Assembly (NCBI GenBank): GCA_964016885.1
Contig: OZ024759.1
Span: forward strand, 6,758,001 to 6,822,000
DNA: 64,000 nt
From: Eledone cirrhosa
Lineage: Eukaryota
Direction of reading: 5' to 3'
Shown here piece by piece: positions 51,640-64,000 of the stretch. How positions within the stretch are numbered: position 1 is the first letter of the stretch; each line of letters opens with the position of its first letter. The notes beneath the pieces were generated by a model that worked only from the letters and a program-made list of their open reading frames with translations, was not told where the DNA came from and did no database searches. A program made the translations under genes and the position numbers.

Positions 51640-51915
51640 TCATCTCATCATCATCATCGTTTAATGTCCATCTTCCACGCTAGCATGGGTTAGACGGGAG
51701 TTGTCCCACTTGAGGCAAGGTTGGTCGGGTGACCGTGTCTCGCTCATATAGGACTGTCTGGCAGGTTTTCTACGGCTGGATGCCCTTCCTAACACCAACC
51801 ACATTTACAGTGTGGGTCTGGGAACTTTTTACCGTGTTACCTACACGACCACATTACAGAGTGGACTGTGTGTTTTTTTGTCGTGACACCTACACGATCT
51901 CGATCTCATTATTTT
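51640..51915 (-). mobile_element. RTE-tail-type element related to 50500-50716
   Basis: Reverse complement shares CCCGTCTAACCCATGCTAGCGTGGAAGA and GTTAGGAAGGGCATCCAGC. Confidence 0.6.
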
Positions 51916-52101
51916 GGATTGGCAGTATCGGTAGAGGGTCGGACGCCATGCTTAGACGCATAGAGTTACGGCCCTTGCCATTCTGAGTTCAAATCCCGCC
52001 GAGGTTAACTTTGCCTTTCATCCTTACGGGGTCGATAAAATAAAGTACTAGTAATGCACTGGGTATTTTCTGGCCTTTTGCCAATAGTAGAAACAATTAT
52101 T
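51916..52101 (+). mobile_element. tRNA SINE
   Basis: Family match. Confidence 0.88.
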
Positions 52102-52239
52102 TTATTTATTTGGACTCGATGTTGTGGTACCAACTTTACAGAGAGAGGGTGGTGTTTGTGGGAGTGGGAGGATAGGGTAGGGGTAGTGGGTTGGGGTGTA
52201 TATTTGGTTAAGAGGTGCCTACTGACTGAAGGTTTCGCT

Positions 52240-52995
52240 TTGTACATAGGCAAGGCGGGTCTTCTGTATTACTGTGTGGTGCCAAAGATCTCGGTCCAGT
52301 GACATTGTCTTAGAGAGGTGCAAGTGTGTAAGGTCGGAATTTATCAGATCGTCCCAGGCTTTTCTGGGTCTGCCTACTCCGTAGCTTCCATCAATTTTGA
52401 TCGCCCTGCACTTTTTTATGCAGCTGTCGTCTTTCATGCGCATCACGTGACCATACCAACGTAGTCTTCTCTCGAGTAAACAACATCTGGTCCCTCTTAT
52501 TCTTAATTTCTCACTTAGTTCATTTATGTTTTGATGTTCACGTATATTACTATTACACATCCAACGGAGCATGCATGCTTCATTCCTTTCCAGTCTGCGC
52601 TGGTCCTCTGGACGTAATGCCCAGGTCTCACTGCCATGTAGCTTTGCTGTTCATATACAGGCATCATACAATCTGCCTTTCATTTTTAGAGAGAAACCTT
52701 TTGTGGCCAACAACGGTATAAGCTCTCTGAACTTTTTCCTTCCCGTTCTGACTCTGGCTACTGTACTTTCAGAACACCCTCCACCACTGCTGATTTTGTC
52801 ACCCAGGTAACGGAAAGTGTCCACTATTTCTATAGAACCATCTGGGCAATAGAAGGAGCTAGTATCCTGTGGACACTTGCTACTTATTGCACCTGAGCAT
52901 CGGCCACATATAAAGTCTACGTTCTTAGATAGTTTACATCTTTTATGTACCTATAGTTTGCATTTGGGACATAAAATAGAATTTCTACCTACTCC
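52240..52995 (-). mobile_element. RTE LINE RT C-terminal fragment
   Basis: GVGRNSILCPKC..VHKRC, FRYLGD, GSETW, MLRWMC, RRLRWYGHVMR, GRPRKAW. Confidence 0.85.
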
Positions 52996-55900
52996 TGGAG
53001 ATGACTGGTGACACACTGAACTGCCAAAACACCTAGAGATTACTGGTGACACACTAAACTGTCACACCTAGAGATTACTGGTGTCACACTAAACTGTCAC
53101 AACACCTAGAGATTACTGGTGACACACTAAACTGTCACAACACCTATAGATTACTGGTGACACACTAAACTGTCACACCACCTATAGATTACTGGTGACA
53201 CACTAAACTGTCACAACACCTAGAGATTACTGGAGACACACTAAACTGTCACAACACCTATAGATTACTGGTGACACACTAAACTGTCACCACCTATAGA
53301 TTACTGGTGACACACTAAACTGTCACACCACCTATAGATTACTGGTGACACACTAAACTGTCACACCTAGAGATTACTGGTGTCACACTGAACTGCCAAA
53401 ACACCTTGAGATGACTGGTGACACACTAAACTGTCACAACACCTAGAGATTACTGATGACACACTAAACTGTCACACCTAGAGATTACTGGTGTCATACT
53501 ATACTGTCACAACACCTAGAGATTACTGGTGACACACTAAACTGTCACACCTATAGATTACTGGTGACACACTAAACTGTCACACCACCTATAGATTACT
53601 GGTGACACACTAAACTGTCACAACACCTAGAGATTACTGGAGACACACTAAACTGTCACAACACCTATAGATTACTGGTGACACACTAAACTGTCACACC
53701 ACCTATAGATTACTGGTGACACACTAAACTGTCACAACACCTATAGATTACTGGTGACACACTAAACTGTCACAACACCTATAGATTACTGGTGACACAC
53801 TAAACTGTCACACCACCTATAGATTACTGGTGACACACTAAACTGTCACACCTAGAGATTACTGGTGTCACACTGAACTGCCAAAACACCTTGAGATGAC
53901 TGGTGACACACTAAACTGTCACAACACCTAGAGATTACTGATGACACACTAAACTGTCACACCTAGAGATTACTGGTGTCATACTAAACTGTCACAACAC
54001 CTAGAGATTACTGGTGACACACTAAACTGTCACAACACCTATAGATTACTGGTGACATACTAAACTGTCACAACACCTATAGATTACTGGTGACACACTA
54101 AACTGTCACACCTAGAGATTACTGGTGACACACTAAAGTGTCACAACACCTAGAGATACTGGTGACACACTAAACTGTCACAACACCTATAGATTACTGG
54201 TGACACACTAAAGTGTCACAACACCTAGAGATACTGGTGACACAGTAAACTGTCACAACACCTATAGATTACTGGTAACACACTAAACTGTCACACCTAG
54301 AGATTACTGGTGACACACTAAACTGTCACAACACCTATGGATTACTGGTGACATACTAAACTGTCACACCTAGAGATTACTAGTGACAGACTAAACTGTC
54401 ACACCTATAGATTACTAGTGACACACTAAACTGTCACAACACCTATAGATTACTGGTGACACACTAAACTGTCACAACACCTATAGATTACTGGTGACAC
54501 ACTAAACTGTCACAACACCTATAGATTACTGGTGACACACTAAACTGTCACAACACCTATAGATTACTGGTGACACACTAAACTGTCACACCTATAGATT
54601 ACTGGTGACACACTAAACTGTCACAACACCTATAGATTACTGGTGACACACTAAACTGTCACACCTAGAGATTACTGGTGACACACTAAACTGTCACAAC
54701 ACCTATAGATTACTGGTGACACACTAAACTGTCACAACACCTATAGATTACTGGTGACACACTAAACTGTCACACCTATAGATTACTGGTGACACACTAA
54801 ATTGTCACACCTAGAGATTACTGGTGACGCACGAAACTGTCACAACACCTATAGATTACTGGTGACACACTAAACTGTCACACCTATAGATTACTGGTGA
54901 CACACTAAACTGTCACACCTAGAGATGACTGGTGACACACTAAACTGTCACACCTAGAGATGACTGGTGACACACTAAACTGTCACAACACCTATAGATT
55001 ACTGGTGACACACGAAACTGTCACAACACCTAGAGATGACTGGTGACACACTAAACTGTCACAACACCTATAGATTACTGGTGACACACTAAACTGTCAC
55101 ACCTAGAGATTACTGGTGACACACTAAACTGTCACACCTAGAGATTACTGGTGACACACTAAACTGTCACACCTAGAGATTACTGGTGACGCACGAAAAT
55201 GTCACAACACCTAGAGATTACTGGTGACACACTAAACTGTCACAACACCTATAGATTACTGGTGACACACTAAACTGTCACACCTAGAGATTACTGGTGA
55301 CACACTAAACTGTCACAACACCTATAGATTACTGGTGATACACTAAACTGTCACAACACCTAGAGATTACTGGTGACACACTAAACTGTCACACTACCTA
55401 GAGATTACTGGTGACACACTAAACTGTCACAACACCTATAGATTACTGGTGACACACTAAACTGTCACAACACCTAGAGATTACTGGTGACACACTAAAC
55501 TGTCACACCTAGAGATTACTGGTGACACACTAAACTGTCACAACACCTAGAGATTACTGGTGACACACTAAACTGTCACACCTATAGATTACTGGTGACA
55601 CACTAAACTGTCACAACACCTATAGATTACTGGTGACACACTAAACTGTCACACCTAGAGATTACTGGTGACACACTAAACTGTCACAACACCTAGAGAT
55701 GACTGGTGACACACTAAACTGTCACAACACCTATAGATTACTGGTAACACACTAAACTGTCACAACACCTAGAGATGACTGGTGACACACTAAAGTGTCA
55801 CAACACCTAGAGATACTGGTGACACAGTAAACTGTCACAACACCTATAGATTACTGGTAACACACTAAACTGTCACACCTAGAGATTACTGGTGACACAC

Positions 55901-57637
55901 TAAACTGTCACAACACCTATGGATTACTGGTGACACACTAAACTGTCACACCTAGAGATTACTAGTGACAGACTAAACTGTCACACCTATAGATTACTAG
56001 TGACACACTAAACTGTCACAACACCTATAGATTACTGGTGACACACTAAACTGTCACAACACCTATAGATTACTGGTGACACACTAAACTGTCACAACAC
56101 CTATAGATTACTGGTGACACACTAAACTGTCACAACACCTATAGATTACTGGTGACACACTAAACTGTCGCACCTATAGATTACTGGTGACACACTAAAC
56201 TGTTACAACACCTATAGATTACTGGTGACACACTAAACTGTCACAACACCTATAGATTACTGGTGACACACTAAACTGTCACAACACCTATAGATTACTG
56301 GTGACACACTAAACTGTCACAACACCTATAGATTACTGGTGACACACTAAACTGTCACACCTATAGATTACTGGTGACACACTAAATTGTCACACCTAGA
56401 GATTACTGGTGACGCACGAAACTGTCACAACACCTATAGATTACTGGTGACACACTAAACTGTCACACCTATAGATTACTGGTGACACACTAAACTGTCA
56501 CACCTAGAGATGACTGGTGACACACTAAACTGTCACACCTAGAGATGACTGGTGACACACTAAACTGTCACAACACCTATAGATTACTGGTGACACACGA
56601 AACTGTCACAACACCTAGAGATAACTGGTGACACACTAAACTGTCACAACACCTATAGATTACTGGTGACACACTAAACTGTCACACCTAGAGATTACTG
56701 GTGACACACTAAACTGTCACACCTAGAGATTACTGGTGACACACTAAACTGTCACACCTAGAGATTACTGGTGACGCACGAAAATGTCACAACACCTAGA
56801 GATTACTGGTGACACACTAAACTGTCACAACACCTATAGATTACTGGTGACACACTAAACTGTCACACCTAGAGATTACTGGTGACACACTAAACTGTCA
56901 CAACACCTATAGATTACTGGTGATACACTAAACTGTCACAACACCTAGAGATTACTGGTGACACACTAAACTGTCACACTACCTAGAGATTACTGGTGAC
57001 ACACTAAACTGTCACAACACCTATAGATTACTGGTGACACACTAAACTGTCACAACACCTAGAGATTACTGGTGACACACTAAACTGTCACACCTAGAGA
57101 TTACTGGTGACACACTAAACTGTCACAACACCTAGAGATTACTGGTGACACACTAAACTGTCACACCTATAGATTACTGGTGACACACTAAACTGTCACA
57201 ACACCTATAGATTACTGGTGACACACTAAACTGTCACACCTAGAGATTACTGGTGACACACTAAACTGTCACAACACCTAGAGATGACTGGTGACACACT
57301 AAACTGTCACAACACCTATAGATTACTGGTAACACACTAAACTGTCACAACACCTAGAGATGACTGGTGACACACTAAACTGTCACAACACCTATAGATT
57401 ACTGGTAACACACTAAACTGTCACAACACCTATAGATTACTGGTAACACACTAAACTGTCACAACACCTAGAGATGACTGGTGACACACTAAACTGTCAC
57501 AACACCTATAGATTACTGGTAACACACTAAACTGTCACAACACCTAGAGATTACTGGTGACACACTAAACTGTCACACCTAGAGATTACTGGTGACACAC
57601 TAAACTGTCACAACACCTATAGATTACTGGTGACACA
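52996..57637. repeat. 35/38-bp minisatellite (GATTACTGGTGACACACTAAACTGTCAC[AAC]ACCTA(G/T)A), about 4.6 kb, with higher-order duplications
   Basis: Direct periodicity; diagnostic variants recur about 1.58 kb apart. Confidence 0.97.
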
Positions 57638-57721
57638 TTTGACAGTATCATGACACTCGATCTTAACAATTAAACATAATACATAGACTACACAAAATAT
57701 TTCCTAATTTGTATTTACGTT

Positions 57722-58022
57722 TCATCATCATCATCATCATCATCATCAGTCCCTTGACTTCTGTAGTCGCCAGTGGTGGGGGGCTACTGCAGAAGCAGCC
57801 CACACTCAAAATAATCTATCAACGGTGGCTGTCAACAAATCTGTCGTCATGTGTGTCCATTCTTCGATATTGTCCAATCAGTTTTTACATTGGTGTCCCC
57901 CTCCTGCGTCCACCGTCAACGGGGCCTTGCATGATGGTCTCATACAGGCTGTCATGTGACGTGGCCAAGCCACGCCAGTTTCCTCCTCTTGGCAGTTGCA
58001 AAAAGAGGTTCCTGGTGACCGA
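57722..58022 (-). mobile_element. RTE (BovB-like) 3' end with (GAT)n tail
   Basis: KRRKLAWLGHVT, IMQGPVDGGRRRG..KNWLDNIEEWT. Confidence 0.75.
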
Positions 58023-58245
58023 CTGGGAACATTTCCACTGTTTACTATTACCTAAAATCTCAACTATTGACCCTCAGTTGTCAATGACGCATGCGTAAAC
58101 GGAAACTCTCCAGTTCACACAAGACATCGGCTGCTTCAATGATTTACAGTTTTCCCAGCCATAAAATAGGTTGTTTTTCCTCCACTTCACATCCAATTAA
58201 ACTGCACTCTTTGGCCTTCTTCTCACCATTAAAACTTCAACACAG

Positions 58246-60930
58246 CCCCACCACTACACTACACCACCACTACCCCACCACCACACTACACCACCACACT
58301 ACACCACCATCACACTACACCACCACTACCCCACCACCACACTACAACACCACACTACCCCACCACCACACTACACCACCACCACCACACTACACCACCA
58401 TCACACTACACCACCACACTACAACACCACACTACCCCACCACCACACTACACCACCACCACCACACTACACCACCATCACACTACACCACCACTACCCC
58501 ACCACCACACTACAACACCACACTACACCACCACCACCACACTACACCACCACCACACTACACCACCACACTACCCCACCACCACACTACACCACCACCA
58601 CCACACTACACCACCACACTACCCCACCACCACCACACTACACCACCACACTACCCCACCACCACACTACCCCACCACCACACTACCCCACCACCACACT
58701 ACAACACCACACTACCCCACCACCACACTACAACACCACACTACCCCACCACCACACTACACCACCACCACCACACTACACCACCACCACACTACACCAC
58801 CACCACACTACACCACCACCACACTACACCACCACCACCACACTACACCACCACCACACTACACCACCACCACACTACCCCACCACCACACTACGCCACC
58901 ACCACCACACTACACCACCACCACCACCACACTACACCACCACCACCACACTACACCACCACCACACTACACCACCACCACCACCACACTACACCACCAC
59001 CACACTACACCACCACCACCACACTACACCACCACCACACTACACCACCACCACACTACCCCACCACCACACTACACCACCACCACCACACTACACCACC
59101 ACCACCACACTACACCACCACCACACTACACCACCACCACCACCACACTACCCCACCACCACACTACACCACCACCACCACACTACACCACCACCACCAC
59201 ACTACACCACCACCACACTACACCACCACCACACTACACCACCACCACACTACACCACCATCAAACTACACCACCACACTACAACACCACACTACCCCAC
59301 CACCACACTACACCACCACCACCACACTACCCCACCACCACACTACGCCACCACCACCACACTACACCACCACCACACTACACCACCACCACCACACTAC
59401 ACCACACTACACCACCACCACCACCACACTACACCACCACCACACTACACCACCACCACCACCACACTACACCACCACCACACTACACCACCACCACACT
59501 ACACCACCATCACACTACACCACCACACTACCCCACCACCACACTACAACACCACACTACCCCACCACCACACTACACCACCACCACCACACTACACCAC
59601 ACTACACCACCACCACCACACTACACCACCACCACACTACACCACCACACTACCCCACCACCACACTACACCACCATCACACTACACCACCACACTACCC
59701 CACCACCACACTACAACACCACACTACCCCACCACCACACTACACCACCACCACCACACTACACCACCACCACACTACCCCACCACCACACTACGCCACC
59801 ACCACCACACTACACCACCACCACACTACACCACCACCACCACACTACACCACCACCACACTACACCACCACCACCACCACACTACACCACCACCACACT
59901 ACACCACCACCACCACCACACTACACCACCACCACACTACACCACCACCACCACCACACTACACCACCACCACACTACACCACCACCACACTACCCCACC
60001 ACCACACTACACCACCACACTACTCCACCACCACACTACACCACCACCACAGTACACCACCACCACCACACTACACCACCACCACCACCACACTACACCA
60101 CCACCACACTACACCACCACCACACTACACCACCACCACACTACACCACCACCACCACACTACACCACGACCACACTACACCACCACCACCACACTACCC
60201 CACCACCACACTACACCACCACCACACTACACCACCACCACACTACCCCACCACCACACTACACCACCACCACCACACTACACCACCACCACCACACTAC
60301 ACCACCACCACACTACACCACCACCACCACCACACTACCCCACCACCACACTACACCACCACCACCACACTACACCACCACCACTACACTACACCACCAC
60401 CACACTACACCACCACCACCACACTACCCCACCACCACACTACACCACCACCACACTACACCACCACACTACACCACCACCACTACCCCACCACCACACT
60501 ACACCACCACCACACCACACTACACCACCACACCACACTACACCACCACACTACACCACCACCACACCACACTACACCACCACCACCACACTACACCACC
60601 ACACTACACCACCACCACTACCCCACCACCACACCACCACCACCACACTACACCACCACACTACACCACCACCACCACACTACACCACCACACTACACCA
60701 CCACCACACTACACCCCCCCCCACACTACACCACCACCACTACACCACCACCACACTACACCACCACACTACACCACCACCACCACACTACACCACCACA
60801 CTACACCACCACCACACTACACCCCCCCACACTACACCACCACCACTACCCCACCACCACACTACACCACCACCACCACACCACCACCACCACACTACAC
60901 CACCACACTACACCACCACCACACTACACC
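58246..60930. repeat. (CCA)n-CACTA compound satellite
   Basis: Direct reading. Confidence 0.97.
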
Positions 60931-63433
60931 ACAGACACACAGACACACAGACACACAGACACACAGACACACACAGACACACAGACCCACACACACACAC
61001 AGACACACACAGACACACACACACACACAGACACACACAGACCCACACACACACACAGACACACACAGACACACAGACACACACAGACACACAGACACAC
61101 AAAAACACACACAGACACACACACACAAACACACACAGACCCACACAAACACACACAGACACACAGACACACACACACACACAGACACACACAGACCCAC
61201 ACACACACACAGACACACACAGACCCACACACACACACAGACACACACAGACCCACACACACACACAGACACACACAGACACACACACACACACAGACAC
61301 ACAGACACACACAGACACACAGACCCACACACACACACAGACACACACAGACCCACACACACACACAGACACACACAGACACACAGACACACACAGACAC
61401 ACAGACACACAAAAACACACACAGACACACACACACAAACACACACAGACCCACACACACACACACAGACACACAGACACACACACACACACAGACACAC
61501 AGACACACACAGACCCACACACACACACACAGACACACAGACACACACACACACAGACACACACAGACCCACACACACACACACAGACACACAGACACAC
61601 ACACACACAGACACACACACAGACACAGACACACAGACACACACAGACACACAGACCCACACACACACACAGACGCACACAGACCCACACACACACACAG
61701 ACACACACAGACGCACACACACACACAGACACACACACAGACACAGACACACAGACACAGACACACAGACCCACACACACACAGAGACACACACAGACCC
61801 ACACACACACACAGACACACACAGATACACACAGACACACAGACACACACAGACACACACAGACACACAGACCCACACACACACACAGACACACACAGAC
61901 CCCCACACACACACAGACACACACAGACACACACAGACACACACACACACACAGACACACAGACACACACACAGACACAGACCCACACACACACACACAG
62001 ACACACACAGACCCACACACACACACAGACACACACAGACACACACACACACACACAGACACACACACAGACACAGACACACAGACACACACAGACACAC
62101 AGACACACACACACACACACAGACACACACAGACCCACACACACACACAGACACACACAGACACACACACACACACACAGACACACACACAGACACAGAC
62201 ACACAGACACACACAGACACACAGACACACACACACACACACAGACACACACAGACCCACACACACACACACAGACACACACAGACACACACACACACAC
62301 AGACACACACACACACACAGACACACAGACACACACAGACACACAGACCCACACACACACACAGACACACACAGACACACACACACACACAGACACACAC
62401 AGACCCACACACACACACAGACACACACAGACACACACACAGACACAGACCCCCACACACACACAGACACACACAGACCCACACACACACACAGACACAC
62501 ACAGACACACACACACACACACACAGACACACAGACACACAGACACACAGACACACACACACACACAGACACACAGACACACACAGACACACAGACGCAC
62601 ACAGACACACACACACAGACACACAGACACACACACAGACACAGACACACAGACACACACACAGACACAGACCCACACACACACACAGACACACACAGAC
62701 ACACACAGACCCACACACACACACAGACACACACAGACCCACACACACACACAGACACACACACAGACACAGACCCACACACACACACAGACACACACAG
62801 ACCCACACACACACACAGACACACACAGACACACACACACACAGACACACACACAGACACAGACACACAGACACACACACAGACACACACAGACCCACAC
62901 ACACACACAGACACACACAGACACACACACACACAGACACACACACAGACACAGACACACAGACACACACAGACACACAGACCCACACACACACACAGAC
63001 ACACACAGACCCACACACACACACAGACACACACAGACACACACACACACACAGACACACACACAGACACAGACACACAGACACACACAGACACACAGAC
63101 ACACACAGACACACACACAGACACAGACACACAGACACACACAGACACACACACACACACAGACACACACACAGACACAGACACACAGACACACACAGAC
63201 ACACAGACACACACACACAGACACACACAGACACACACAGACACACACACACACACAGACCCACAGAGACACACAGACACACAGACACACACACACACAC
63301 AGACACACACAGACAGACACACAGACACACACAGACACACAGACACACACAGACACACACAGACACACACAGACACACAGACACACAGAGACACACACAG
63401 ACACACACAGACACACAGACACACATACACACA
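60931..63433. repeat. (CA)n-GA compound satellite
   Basis: Direct reading. Confidence 0.97.
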
Positions 63434-63504
63434 CGTCATGCAGACTATAATACAAGTCTTTTGCACTCAGTGTCCACAATTCATTGCACGCCCCCCCTTT
63501 CCCT

Positions 63505-64000
63505 GTCTCTCTGTCTCACTCACACTCACACACTCTCTCACTCACACTCACACACTCTCTCTCTCACACACCCTCTCACTCACACTCACACACTCTCTCT
63601 CTCACACACTCTCTCACTCACACTCACACACTCTCTCTCTCACACACTCTCTCACTCACACTCACACACTCTCTCTCTCACACACTCTCTCACTCACACT
63701 CACACACTCTCTCTCTCACACACTCTCTCACTCACACTCACACACTCTCTCTCTCTCTCACACACTCTCTCACTCACATTCACACACTCTCTCTCTCACA
63801 CACTCTCTCACTCACATTCACACACTCTCTCTCTCACACACTCTCTCACTCACAATCACACACTCTCTCTCACACACTCTCTCTCTCACACACTCTCTCA
63901 CTCACACTCACACACTCTCTCTCTCACACACTCTCTCACTCACACTCACACACTCTCTCTCTCTCACACACTCTCTCACTCACATTCACACACTCTCTCT
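63505..64000. repeat. (CT)/(CA) compound minisatellite
   Basis: Direct reading. Confidence 0.95.

Noticed and set aside
52996-57637. CRISPR-like palindromic 35-38 bp repeats
   Set aside because: Units are contiguous with no unique spacers, there are no cas genes, and the context is eukaryotic
60895-63479. About 850-aa Cys/Val ORFs
   Set aside because: Microsatellite translation in all three frames

Overview
Gene-poor, repeat-saturated animal genomic DNA. It is probably cephalopod/octopus, inferred from the (TA)n/(CA)n/(TATG)n load and the tRNA-derived SINE family; this is not proven. No host protein-coding gene can be supported, and nearly all listed ORFs are translations of microsatellites. 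Contents: two families of Penelope-like retroelements (PLEs, C-terminal GIY-YIG); R4/Dong-like RLE LINEs sitting in (TTA)n and (TATG)n tracts; L1/Tx1-like, RTE and RTEX-like LINE fragments; an internally deleted mariner; a pogo-like MITE; Helitron-like ends; about 13 copies of one tRNA SINE; and several minisatellites. The most striking hidden structure is a dense population of short, non-coding, often fold-back elements inserted in (TA)n tracts. They carry type I hammerhead ribozyme motifs (CUGANGA-stem II-GAAA-stem III-UH): about 13 intact cores plus mutated and half copies, from roughly 9 sequence families, read by eye on both strands. Two of these families are physically linked to PLE ORFs. 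Other notable structures are tandem arrays of the 45-bp SINE head, microsatellite-targeted LINEs with twin-priming inversions, and cross-family chimeras. All folds and copy numbers are manual estimates.
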